DNA from: Utricularia gibba
Lineage: Eukaryota; Plantae; Magnoliophyta
Length of the DNA stretch: 64,000 nt
NCBI GenBank assembly: GCA_002189035.1
Contig: CM007992.1
Span: 2,356,001-2,420,000, forward strand
Direction: 5' to 3'
The translations under genes were made by a program, and so were the position numbers. Every line of letters starts with the position of its first letter. Positions within the stretch are counted from its first letter, which is position 1. Positions 26,500-39,348 of this stretch are shown piece after piece. The notes below the pieces were generated by a model, which did no database searches, was not told where the DNA came from, and saw only the letters and a list, made by a program, of their open reading frames with translations.

Positions 26500-29400
26500 C
26501 CGTGTAGATGCAGGTGTAGTGGTAGCCTTTGTATTCTGTACAAAAAAAATTGTTAGCTAGGAACATTATTTAATAGTGTATAATAAGCAAAGTAAGCTTA
26601 GTTACCCGCAATTTTTTTTCTTCTTATGTTGCTCTGCAGGCTGATGTTGAGATGCTGGCCGTTTCCCCTTTGTAGCAACCTAAAAAAAGACATACATTTT
26701 GTATACCACACAAAATTTTTGGAATCATAAGTTTTAATATAACATACCTGATCTGTGGAACCCAATGTTGCTATTTGGTTGGTAGTTTCTACTTGTGGTG
26801 CTGGATCATCTGTGGGAACTAGAGCATCATTTCCAACTTGTTGGTTTACAGTGCTTTCTTGAGTTTGCTATGGCATGAATGAAGAACAATGTTAGCGATA
26901 AATTGAATAAAAAAAATGTGTATAACAAACGGTGAAGAAAGCTTACAGAATGCTCTTGGTTTTCTTGTAGCTTCTTGCAAGTTCGTTTGTTGTGGCCAAC
27001 TTGTTGGCATGAGCTGCATTGGTTGGACTCCCTTGTTAGCCCTTGTGCTCGGTTCGGATTTTTAACTGGGGGAGGCTCTTCAGGATTGCGTTTCCTTGCC
27101 TTTTTTGGCCTACCAGCACCTTTTGCAATTTGGGGGTAACGAAGAAGGAACAGCAGAATGCTTCCATAGATCTTCACTAGAAACACATCCGATTGAGTGT
27201 TGATATTGGCTGATCCAAGCACTTGTCTTGTAGCACTCATCAATATAGTTTTCAACCTTATGACCTTTACGCCATATTGCAGCCACCGCATGAAAACATG
27301 GAAATGAAGTTAACTTCCAAGACCCACAACTACATGTTTTTTCTAGTAAATTGACAGTTCTAGTCATGTATGGACCAACTACTTGATAGTTGTTCTCATC
27401 GCTCCGCATTGCAAAGTATTCTGTTGCATCATCCTCTAATTTTTCCAACCAAGATTTTATCCTGGGACATAACTGGCATTCCCATTTTAAACATTGAGTC
27501 CTTATGCTATCAATCCGAATCATCAACGAATTTCTAATGCCCTCTAACAATTGGAAGATAGGCAGTTCACGTGCTTCAAGTAACATAGAATTAAAACACT
27601 CAGAGTAGTTGTTCAAGAGGGCATCACACTTAGAAAATGGAGAAAAAAAATGCCTTACTCCATTTTGGTGGATCCCTTTTTTGAAGCCATTTATATGCAT
27701 CATGAAATTTTTCTTTCATCTCATCCATGTGATGCTTCCACACTTCCACCTGTGATGATCTAGCTGCTACCCACACCAGTTTTTTAACTGCCATACCAGT
27801 GAACCCTACCCTTTTCATATTACCGTGCAAGTGCCGAACACAAAAACGGTTTTCTGCTTTAGGTAGTAACTCTTCAAAGCATTCAACTAATCCCTTTTGT
27901 TTATCGGACATGAATGTCCAGAACTTCCCATTGCCAACTTCTAAATCCTCTTTTAGAAGTTCAATGAACCACCTCCAGTTGAAAAAATTCTCCTTCTCTA
28001 CTACTGCAAAAGCATAAGGGAAAACAGATTTATTTGCATCTAGACCAACAACAGTAAGTAATTGACCACCAAATGGCCCTTTCAAGAAGCAACCATCTAG
28101 TCCAATGAATTTACGACAATCGTTTTTTAAAGTTCTTCTTAATGGCTCCAAAACATATTTAAACTCCCTGGAATTTTTTTTTCTGCAGCATTTGTTTCAC
28201 CAGTTGTCTTCAACACAATAGTGGAGTCCGGATTGGCAACTCGTAGCTCACCTAAGTAACTTCTACGTTTGTTCCATTGCTCACGTGCTGTCCCACTAAG
28301 TGCTGCTCTAGCTGCTACTCTACCACGGTGAGCCTGCGCCTTAGAAATATCCACCTTTAAGGTCGCCACAACATGCTTCCTAAAATCTTGCGTTGACACT
28401 TTGGGATGTTCGGCAACAAACTTAGCATACTCTGTACCTAACCACCGTGATTTCATTGACATCAGCTTACGCAGCCTACCACAAGCAGTGTGCTTCTCAT
28501 GATATGATTTCACAGTCCATCCTTTGTCGTTTTTCGTCAGTGAAACATTGATCATCCACTTACATGCTTTGACCCTGCATTATGCCGCCAACCGTTGACG
28601 ATTGTTGGTCAAAAAAATGATGTCCTTCCCATTCTTAAAGTTGTAGTTTTCAATTACCATCTTTGCTTCCTATTTACTACTAAAAATAAGGCCCTTTTGT
28701 AGAACATGATTGGCCATTTCTGTCTTTGAGTTGAACCTTCTAACCTTGGCTTGGCATCCTTGCTGTAACTCATCTTCATCACTATCTAAACTATCAAAGT
28801 CTTCATCTTCAGTAACCATACCAACCTCATTATCTTCAAAGATATTAGGCATACTTTTTTTTGTAGCTGTAGATGTCTGTTGAGAGGTAGCACCTTGCCC
28901 CACGAGAGCCTCACTTGTTGTATTATGCTTCTCAAACACATTTAACTCATCCCTCCAAAATTCTAAATCTGAACCACTTGACTCATCTTGTTGTTCAATT
29001 TCGTCTATTGACTTGCTTTTTCCTTTTCGACAATGGCACCTTATAGCATTATCTGTGAACTTACAGGCTGAGCCATGATCGGTGTTATCCTCTCCAATAC
29101 AACCTAAAAGAATATTATCTTATGAAATTTAGAAAAAAAATTCATAATGTGAATTTAGGAAAGTTACTCTATAACTAACCATTTTTCCAACCTCTAGAGC
29201 TTCTTTTCTCAGCCATCTTTTTGTGTTTCGGTTTAGTTGAACAAGAACTCTCTGCTAAAGGATTTAGAATCTTTGGTTAGTATTCTTTCATTTGTAATTA
29301 TCACTGAAAATGTAAACATAGCTTTCATAGTCTTACTTTTTGTACATGGTGGCTTACTTCTAGCAGATTTGTCAATCTTTTCAATCACCACATCCGTCAC

Positions 29401-30284
29401 AAAATTCAAAGTAACAATATAGAAAAATACCAACAGCTAAAGTATGTACAAATTATCTTAAACACAAGTATGCTCTTCAATGCCTTCTATTGTCTCTCCT
29501 CTTTCGTTGGGTAACCTTTTGTGGCCTTCTAACACATCTCCAACCTCACTGCAAAGTTTATTCCAAATACTATTAAATCATAATTCACTTACCATAATGC
29601 CATTAAACTATAACAATAAGTTACCTAAATTTTTTGGCATCAAATCATCATTATGCTTCTCGGTTGCCCTGGAATTTCTATCTCCTACGAGTAGTATTTC
29701 TAAAGGACCATCTTTTTCTAGTATATCAACACATTCATTAACCTCAATCTCACGAACGATTTCCTTAATATCATTGCAACATTTCATCCACACACTAACT
29801 GATTATGCATTTTCATAACCATAGGAAGCAGCAATTTCACGAAAGTATTGCAATGAAAAAACTCTCGGATCTAACACATCAATGTAGGTATCCTTACCAT
29901 CAACATACTTCTGTCTCCCAAATCGACGGATAATTTTTCCGCCATAGTGTAAATCAAAAAACTTACTTTGAAAGTGCAACTCGCTTGTGTGATTCCGCAA
30001 GCCACCGCTGTTACCCAATCCCATTTTCTCCCAATTTCTCCCAATTTCTGGTGTTTGACCAACACCCAGAATCGCGCCCAAATGAGGTGAAATTGCAAGA
30101 AATACTGCATTATATTGGAGAGGGTATTTTAGTAACTTTCTATAATCTCCGGTTACTAATTATGCCGTGTGACCGAATTTTGCAATTGATGAAAAGTATT
30201 GTGACTGAATATAACTCATTTTATACATTATGAAAACATTTTTGAAAACATGACAACATTATAACCAGTTTTTGAATTTATCCC
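26500..30284 (-). mobile_element. Mutator-like element 1 with degenerate MuDR transposase
   Basis: LHYGG PB1-like N-terminus, FIGLDGCFLKGPFGGQLL...SDKQKGL...RFCVRHL (MULE domain), CSCGSWKLTSFPCFHA (SWIM) and CSSCQQVGHNKRTC knuckle. One TIR end GGGATAAATTCAAAAAC at 30284; the other TIR was not found. Confidence 0.92.
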
Positions 30285-30719
30285 TTTATAAAATTGCAAA
30301 AGAGTATGCTTATTAAGACCAAAGTGAGAGCATTTCCTTTCAATACCCTAATTATGAGTTTGAGAGGCCAGTTCAGATGCTTCATATTGCAATAGTGGAA
30401 GGATAGGGCTCATTTGTGTTTCCTCTTGTATGAAAGTATTGAATGCCTTATCCAAAGATGAAAATATCTCCTTGAGAAGAAGCTAGCTGCAAACAAATTT
30501 GAATTCATCAGTAAGTGAAATGAGAAATTTGAAGGTTTTGTCTCTCTCTAATCTTGCTTGAGTTCTGTTCACAAATTTTCTGTAGTAGATAAGAGGTCTA
30601 CAGTTGTCCAACTTTACAAGAAACTTCAAAATGTATTCTTGGAATTTTTGATCAAAGTATCATGACTATTCTGAACCATTGCGATCACGATATTAAAGAG
30701 AGTTACACTAAGGGCTAAT

Positions 30720-32190
30720 TGATAAATGGAAATTCCTAATACCGTTGCAATAAAAATAGAAATCAGTATCAAGTAAATTTATAAGCCCTAGTCTACACAA
30801 AATACAAATTTAGAAAACTTGTATAGTGGATTTCGGGGTCAATCACAAGGAGCTTGTATTTGCTAAGTATTTCAATAGATACATAATTCGGAATAACAAT
30901 AAGTCTTAGTCTAAGCTTGGACCAACAGTGGAAAACAAGTTCAGTAAATGAAATCAGGTTTCAATGCGAAAGGTAACAAATACTGGTTATAACTCAGAAT
31001 AATACGAAGATGCCTTAAGGGTCTGCAGATGGTGTGGTGCTAAAATGTTTAATATAAATTACATTTTTCCTACACTCACAACTTCAAATAACCTAAGACT
31101 ACCCAAGTCATTCATCATATTTTCAGCTAAGCTAGTCCTCAATATCATCACCAACATTGCAATTAGGTCTACCCGCATGAAATGTGTACAGAACTAGGTC
31201 TACCCGCTCCTACTAGTTCTACCCCGGACTAACACTTACTGCTCTCGTCTTGATTTGTTGGTCTACTTCTAAATCAAGCATCCAAATTGTGAAGCTACTT
31301 GGTGTCATCCTTAGGTCTACCCATTGATTGATAGAAACAAGAGCTAAGAAACAATGATGAATTTTATTAAGAATCCTAAATTCACACCACCATGCTTTAC
31401 CTTAAGGCATCTCTAAGGTTCTAGCTACTCATACGTTGAAGGTAAAATATGATAACATTAACATAAAGTGGCGAACATGTCAAGAACATTGTGAAAGAGT
31501 TGGTTGCAAAAACTGAAAATATCAACAAACGAAAATAAAGCAGTAAGAGTTTTGGTTTCCGTCTGCTACTATTCTCGGGCCGAAATAGTAGCAACTCGGG
31601 AACAGTAGCACTAGACTAGGTCTTAATCTTTGTTCTTCAAGCCGGAGTTTCTTCTCCATAAAATCGCCTTTCTTTCTCCTTTCGGTTCAGCATTCATCGT
31701 GTTGATGTTATTGTTGTTGGTGGAGACGTTGTTGGGGAAGAAGTTCCCTCCTTTTTGTTCTGAAAACTTTCCTTCTTTCCCTTATGCGATTCTCTCTCCT
31801 CTCACTTCCCAACGTAGGTACAATCTCTAACAACTCTACTACTCTTGCCCTTGACTTGCAGACTGCCGTCGTGACAGTATACTCTTCCCTCCTTTTTGTT
31901 CTGAAAACTTTCCTTCTTTCCCTTATGCGATTCTCTCTCCTCTCACTTCCCAACGTAGGTACAATCTCTAACAACTCTACTACTCTTGCCCTTGACTTGC
32001 AGACTGCCGTCGTGACAGTATACTCATTGCTCCCTACTACACGGTGACTTGCACGAAATCCTTGTTCCTTCCATGATTTTAGAGTTGCTACTGGACTCGA
32101 AAATATTTAAAACTATAATATAAACAATTAAACATAATTAAAAACTCATGATTTTCATATCCTAAAAACATGAAAATTTATGTGCTATTA
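30720..32190 (-). mobile_element. Solo LTR of the same Athila family as 4222-12032
   Basis: Reverse complement aligns with 10626-12032; perfect TSD CTAAT (30715-30719, 32191-32195); 5' TG mutated to TA. Confidence 0.93.
31744..32025. repeat. Perfect 141-bp tandem duplication inside the solo LTR
   Basis: 31744-31884 equals 31885-32025; visible as the 47-aa repeat in ORFs 31708-31974 and 31784-32047. Confidence 0.95.
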
Positions 32191-32379
32191 CTAATGACCT
32201 TCTTGGAGATCGAGATCGTGATGGTGAATGGGTAGGCCTCCAATGAGGAGAGCGTCTGTGTCTTCCGCCAATGGGAGGCCTTCTAGGAGAGCTTTTGGTA
32301 TGTCTTGGAGATCAAAGCCTATAATATGCACTCTTTCAATTAAAAAGGTTAAACAAAAAATGAACAACAATGATGAATC

Positions 32380-33000
32380 ACAGCAAGATAATGATGGATA
32401 TTTGAAGAATGTTGAGTATGTTGCACAAGTGTATACTTTGGATAGCAAAAGCATTTCACTTGAACCAATCACGAGGAGTAGAAGCAAGAAGATTGAAGCA
32501 TCACACAAGTGTTTACTCAACAATATTGGATTAGAAGTTGGGTTTGAAATCTTGCCTTCAAAGGGGCTCAATTACTTCAAAGTGCATCGACCTTAGAGTC
32601 CAAACTATGTCATCATCTTTGATGTTTGTTATTGAATCTTTCTTTTTTTATTTAGATTGAAATTAGTAATATTGAAACTCAATTCTAGAGTATAAATTCT
32701 CTAAAGATATAGTATTTGAAGGACTTTTAGCTTATTTCATGAGTATTGTGAAGAATCTTCTCTTTTTTGAGTGCTTAAACACTCTTGAATTATCAAACCT
32801 TTGAGCTTGTGTTGTCCAAGAATTATCACTTCCAATTCCTTCTCTAACTGAAGTGTGGCTCCTTATTTTTTCTTTCTTTCATAGTTTGATTGTAAAAAAT
32901 TAATTTTCTAGAAGGTAGACTTAGGTGGATTCCTTTTGAAGGACTGAATATCCTAATGTTTGTAAATCATTAATCTCTATAGATTAGAGGGTCACATCAA
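32380..33000 (+). mobile_element. Possible CRM-type gypsy 3' end and LTR remnant
   Basis: EPITRSRSKKIE resembles the GPITRSRAKK motif at the end of CRM integrases; the segment ends in GGGTCACATCA, like an LTR end. Confidence 0.4.
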
Positions 33001-34459
33001 ACAACCGTATCCTTAGGAAAAATGTTTCTTTTTAGAAACATAACAAGTAAAACTTCACCATCTTTACACGAAATTTAAAACCTTATAGGCGATTGAAAAT
33101 GCCTTTGGGGGTGAGGAGGATGAATGCCCTCTAGGAGGAGTCAGAGATCTTCACTGCAGTGGACTATCACTTTGGTGATATGGTGGGAGGGGGGATCCAA
33201 CCTCACGATGAGGAGGTGAATCTGCTTTTTAGCGAGGTGGTGGTGGAGAATCTTGATTGTGTCGTGGAGAGATAGAAGAGAAGAAACCACGAGTGATAAG
33301 GTGGATAGGAGAAAAAAGACGTACTTCTTCTAAGAGATGAGTTATTAGAAAAACATTGTCACTAGCTATTGGATAAAGAGAAATCGGTTGAATATACTAG
33401 ATATAATCATGGAAGATCATAATAACAAGAGGAAGACTAGATTTGATTTACATACCTGATACCAACCATTCTTCTATTTAAGTGTATTGAAACCATTGTT
33501 TTAATGTGCAGTGAATAAACATTTCTTTTTCTCACGTACTGTGATTGTCCTCTTCTTTTGGTCTGCAAGAGAACCTCTTCTTGCTATAGGTGATCGCCTC
33601 CTAGGTGGAGGAGATCGAAGTTTCCAACAAGGAGACACTAATAAGATTAGCAAACATTTTCTAGATTACAATAAGCTTTAATGAAAATATTTTTTCTACA
33701 AAAACTTACATTCGCCTGATTGTTTGAGTGCATCCTTGTCATTACTAGCTATGGTTTCAGGCTTAGGAGTAGTGTGGGAGAAGAAACCATTTTCATTAGT
33801 GTAAATAATCTCATAATTAAATTATATAAATATATATACATAATTTACATATCAAAGATTAAATCTATTTTTTTATATAAAATAAATGATTCAGAAAAAA
33901 ATCGAAGTATTTTTCGTCAACTTTAGTTTTTGAATTAACTGTATCCCATACACTTCCAGAAATACAGTAATCCGGAAGAGTTATGTAATATCTCCATTAT
34001 GCACTCTTCAAGAATCACTATAATTCGGAGGAGTTTTACAGTTTCATCATAGTAAGGAAAATATCACTAATCAAGCATTCCTTCGATTAAGACCATAGTT
34101 AATACAAGAAAACCATGTAAATGTTTGCTTCAAACAAAATCACCTAGTGCAAATATCACAAATAAATAATAGAGTTGAAATATTACTCTAAAATAACGAA
34201 TACATTCATGCTAGACATATAGGTTTACACACAAGGATGTTTATTTTTTATGCCTAGAGAAAAAACTCTTTACTTTATCAAACCTAGATTTTTTACCTCG
34301 TTCACTTGGTGTGGTAGAGAAACTGTTCTCATAGCTAGCATAGTCCCGTTGTGTCGCTGGATAATGTAGCGATGATCTTGGTAGCACATCTTCCTGACCT
34401 CAATCCGGTTGAAATGATCTTGGTAGCATATTCTTGACTAGATTATGTAGCAAGATTTT

Positions 34460-37035
34460 GATCATGTCAACCTCTAGTTCGTGTAGATTTTTGTGTTTGG
34501 TAATCCATTGGCATTGCAAATCGAGTCGATTGAGGTCTACCTACACATACTTCCTTTTTGCGGGCAGGGTCATGCACTAATGAAAATGGTGCCTGTGGCC
34601 ATTTATCCTCTGATCCTAGTGGTTGAATTTGATTCTCGTAGATTCTAATTTGCTGATCTAGATGCAACATAGGATTGATGACATCTCTGGGATCAATGTT
34701 AACCATCCGGCATGCCTATACACATTGAAATATAAGTAAAAACGTAAATATAAAGGTGAGTGTATATAATGAAATTAGCAGATCATATACCTGTTGTGCA
34801 TGAGAACACGGTATGCCAAAATTTTACCACTTTCTACACTTACATGTGTCTTAAGCAACCATGATGATGAGTTTCTTTTCTTTACCATTTTTCCTACGAG
34901 TAGTAACCAAAACCTTTTTTTGTGCATAATCAACTACCTTTATTGATGCATGAGGAATCGGTTTATCCCAATGTGCATATAGCTTGTGCGGTTGATTAGC
35001 AAAAACAATGTGTGATGAATGTTGGTCAAGTGCGTCTTTATATCTTGTGGAAAAATAGTGCTCACATTGTGCAAATGTTGCCTACATATATAAACAACAA
35101 AATTACATAAGTAAATGTAACTCCTTTTATTTTTGTAGTATTGTGTCACTCAACTGTGCTAACGTGCATAAGGGTTGATGTCTTGCTCCTTTTAATACTC
35201 CATTCATGACTTCAACTTGATTTGTTGTCAACGTACCACACCTATATGATAGTTATAGGCATCAATCCAAATTGCATGGTTGATATATAACTATTAGTAA
35301 ACATACCTTGCTCCTCCGTCGTGTGACAATATCCATGATTCAGGTTGTAACTTATTTAAATAATCTCATGCTTCTGGATGAATTGTATAAATTTCTCCCA
35401 TGTAGAACCTCCATTTACTTACGGATGTTGCATATACAACTTTCATAAATAGTTGCCTCATCTGTGGATATTTCCCATATTTTCCAAGAAAATTAGAACG
35501 TAAATGACGTATGCAATAACGGTGTGAACCTCCATATTCAGGCATGAATGCCCTTATTTTGGATGTTGTGATTTGTATAGAAGGACATCTATCTGATATA
35601 ACACAACATGGTCTATTACCGACAATATGTCGCTCCAATAGTCGAATAAACCAACTCCAAGATTCATCATTTTCATTGTCCACAACTGCAAAGGCAATGG
35701 TCAAAAGAAGACCAGAGGTATCCACAATAACGGCAAATAGCTTGTGAGAATATTGTGAATAGAGATGGGTAGCATCCACAGTGATCACTGATCGACACCA
35801 ACGGAATGCCTGAATGCATTGTCCAAAAAACCAAAAAACATACTTTAATGTCTTTGTGTCACTGATTTTCGGTTGCCTATGTTGATACTCTACAACAGTG
35901 CCAGGGTTTTGTAGCTGCACTTCTAATAAGAACTGAGGAAGAAGGCGAACAGATGACTCCCATGTCTCATAAACAACTTCAAATCCTTTTCTCAAGCTGT
36001 AGCATGCTCGATAATACGAGATACCATATCCTGACTTCTCTTTAACCACTTGTTGAATAACTTTGGCTTTCGTACCAATATCAACTTCAAGCAAAGGTCT
36101 TGCACGTTCCGCGATGTACAATGGAGTAATATTTCGATGAGACAATGATTGTGAACCTAGACATGTACAAGTGTGTGGCTCTTCAATACCTGTTATTTTC
36201 CAGATTGCATTATGTGTGAAGTATGCACAACGAATCCTCCATTTACATCCTTGCTCCTTCATCTTATAGCAAAGGTATTCAACATACATCCCATCTCGCA
36301 CTTTATACGATTTAAATTCACAACCAATTTTGAGACTGTATTCCACCACATCATTATTGAATGCTTCATTTGTTGCAAATAGTTGATATTTGTAGAATGG
36401 ATAGGACACTGAGCTAATGGGATTTGAGATATTTCCAAAATATAGATCTTCATCTAGTATGGTATTTCTGATAAATGTAGGAGGTGCCCAAGATATATCA
36501 TCAACATTAGTTGTCTCCAATTGACAGAATCCTTTTCCCCATCTTCTTCCTCGTTTATCTCCTCGTCTTCACCTATTGGCTCATTACCTTGTACATCATA
36601 GTCACTATCGCAATCTTGCAAATCATCAAATAGAATGTCATTAGAGTCCAATTGATCATGAATATTATCCTCATGTAAGTCAACATCACACCCCACACTC
36701 AGCGCTTCCTTTGGAACTTGATCCACGAAAACATCAAATCCCATTTGTGCATGAGTTGGACTGAAAGCATATAGTAAATCATAGTCAGAGGTAATACCCA
36801 AAATTCGTGTACAACGAGAAGAAGAGTCATAAAATTGAACTCTTATTTGAATATCAAATTGGGTTGGATCTATATCACATATTGAACATAATTCGTCTCG
36901 TAGATAATTCAATGACATCGTACCATCGAAGCTTTGAATGCATAGTGGTGGCATATCATATGCTCTGTAATCATTAGGATACACAATCATATTACCTTCA
37001 TAAAAGATTTTGGCAATGATCGTAGTCGAATCCAT
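34460..37035 (-). pseudogene. MuDR-family transposase of MULE 2
   Basis: ITVDATHLY, IAFAVVDNENDESWSWF, VISDR, HRYCIRHLRSNF, LTTNQVEVMNGVLK and the SWIM CKCRKW*NFGIPCSHA at about 34790-34845. Frameshift near 36500 and stops. Confidence 0.92.
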
Positions 37036-37487
37036 CTTCTAACCTACAACAACAAAAATGAACTCTCCAATGAAACACCAAGAATGACGATGAGTGAGTG
37101 TGGGATTCATAGAGGGACAATGCATTTATGATGATGGAAAACACATGTTAGGTAGGGTAGTGATATCAAGTCATTCAGTGTATTTTTTTAATGTGTGGCT
37201 TGCATGCTTTATCTTTACTTTACTCTTTTTATAATTACATCATAATTTAGAATAAATGATACACAAAAACATTTGATATGGTCAATCATGTACACTAAAG
37301 CTTTTGTTGGGAAACAACATCTTTGAGTGTTACTTAGATAACTAATTTAAGCAACATGTTCTAAAAGATGAACATCAATGTGTTTAAACACTGCTACATA
37401 TGTACAAGTGGTTAGATGTGTTTAAGTGCTGCTTGTTATTAGTAATAATCGGTTTCGTATGTATAAGTATTCATATGTAGGACCCGG

Positions 37488-37712
37488 ATGTGCTTGGGCG
37501 CTGCAAGTTATTCATAAGCAGCGCCCGAATGTGCCTGGGCGCTGCTAAATATTCATAAGCAGCGCCCGTATGTGCTTCGGCGCTGCTAAGTATTCATAAG
37601 CAGTGCCCGTATGTGCTTGGGTGCTGGTAATTATTCATAAGCAACAGCCAGATGTTCCTGGGCGCTACTACATACGCATAAGCAATGCACATAGACCTCC
37701 GGGCGTTGCTTA
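37488..37712. repeat. Tandem array of about six 41-bp units, each holding GGGCGCTGC-N13-GCAGCGCCC
   Basis: Unit starts at 37488, 37529, 37570, 37611, 37652 and about 37693. Followed by TATAAATAG at 37711. Confidence 0.95.
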
Positions 37713-38140
37713 TAAATAGTAGATGCACCTAGACCCACTCTTATGGAAACTATGTAATTGTATTGAGTTATGCAGTATCAAAATAACAAAACACCGACCC
37801 GCTCTTCTGGACTGCAAGTAATCCATAAGGGTTATGCAGTTTCGACACAAAACACATGGGAAGCATCAACAAACAGGGGTGAAACCTACATTTCTTAATT
37901 CTTTCTCTATATTTACCTCACGAACATTTACCCAGCCAAAATTACTTGGTTCCCTTCATCGTTCACCAAGTGCACAACGTGCGACACCGATTCTCAGTGG
38001 TATCAAATAGATCTTCGAAAGGTAATTTCTAAATCACTGATTACTTCTCAGTTTCACCATTCGCACTACGTTTGAATAGATTTTTTCTGAACCATGCTAG
38101 GGTTGAAATGTGTTCCTTGATTCTGTATTTTTCAGTTAAA

Positions 38141-39348
38141 ATGGTTGATATATTCCGTACTAAATACGGCATTCCACATGAATATTCACTTGTGGTACCC
38201 AGTGGTCGATCCACTTTAGGGATGGATTGACCCCGTGAATATGAGGGAGCGACGGTAATTTCAATGAAAGTATTTGAAGTTGGTTTGAAATTTCCTCTTA
38301 ACCCATTTTTTATCCAATTACTCACCCATCTAAATCTTCCACTTGGTGCTCTAACACCTTCAGCTTTTCTTATGGCCTTTACTTTCCTAGAATTTTGCAA
38401 TAAAGAAGGAATTGAACCAACTGTAGTTCGTTTCCTTTGCATTGTGCGTGTAAAGAATGACCCTCAAACTAGTGGTTGGTATTTTCAAACTTACAGTTAC
38501 AAGAAATTACTCTCTGTGGCACCTAAAGCTTTTGCTAATTAGTATAAGTATAAAATCCTTGTTATACCATCAACTTATGCTAATTGGGCATTTCCATTGT
38601 CATACCTGGGAGCCCATGCTGTAAAAACTGATCTTGTATTTAAGTTCCTCCCAAAAGAGGAATACGAGGATATGATGAGTCGTCTTCAGCAAAAGAATTA
38701 TCATTGGCAACAAATAAAAACACTCTCCACATCCCATGTGCTTAGGAATGTTCCAGGTAATGTTTGGTTTTTCATTAATGCTCTTTGACAATAATTACAA
38801 ATATTTGGGGAGTTCCGGAATGGAGTCGGGCAGAGGAGGAGGCAAGATGGGGACATAGAATATGGAGAGCACAACAACAATCTGATGAAGAAGGTGAAAA
38901 TGAGGAGATGGAGGAAGAAATCGAGGAAGGTAGTACCATGCTAGACATTCCAACTTATTCTGAGGTAGAAAACCTACGAAGAAGAGTGCAGGAAAATGAA
39001 TGAATTGCTGAAGAACTCAAGAATGTCAGAGAGGAATTGGTCACCCTTAAGAATGAGGTGCAAGCTTTAAGAAAAGAAGTAGAAAATTTGAAGAATGACT
39101 AAAAGATCCAGAAGTCAAAAGGGGGAGCTTCTAATGCAATGAATACAAGGTTACAAAAACAGTTGGATAATGCTAATCATCTACTAAAAGAAAAAGAAGG
39201 GCAGTTCTTTACATACAAGACAACATTTCAAGAGTTGAATGTGCCCCCTAAAACGATTCCAATTCCAATTCAAGTAGTTTATCCTGAAGAACATGCATCC
39301 CATTCTAAGAGTCGAGGAAGTAGAAAGAGAAAAGAAAAGAAGTGGTAG
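38141..39348 (+). pseudogene. MULE accessory gene: Transposase_28 (PF04195)-like domain, acidic tract, coiled coil, basic C-terminus
   Basis: MVDIFRTKYGIP...FEVGLKFPLNPFFIQLL..LN L....LTPSAF...F...C...GIEPT...F...GWYF. Predicted intron 38757-38812 restores the frame; four in-frame stops; ends RKRKEKKW*. Confidence 0.7.

Noticed and set aside
26025-30293. TTTATAAAC / TTTATAAAA as the TSD of MULE 1
   Set aside because: No left TIR follows the left copy, and an AT-rich 8/9 match is easily chance.
37488-37712. CRISPR-like appearance of the 41-bp palindromic array
   Set aside because: No unique spacers (the whole unit repeats), eukaryotic context, no cas genes.
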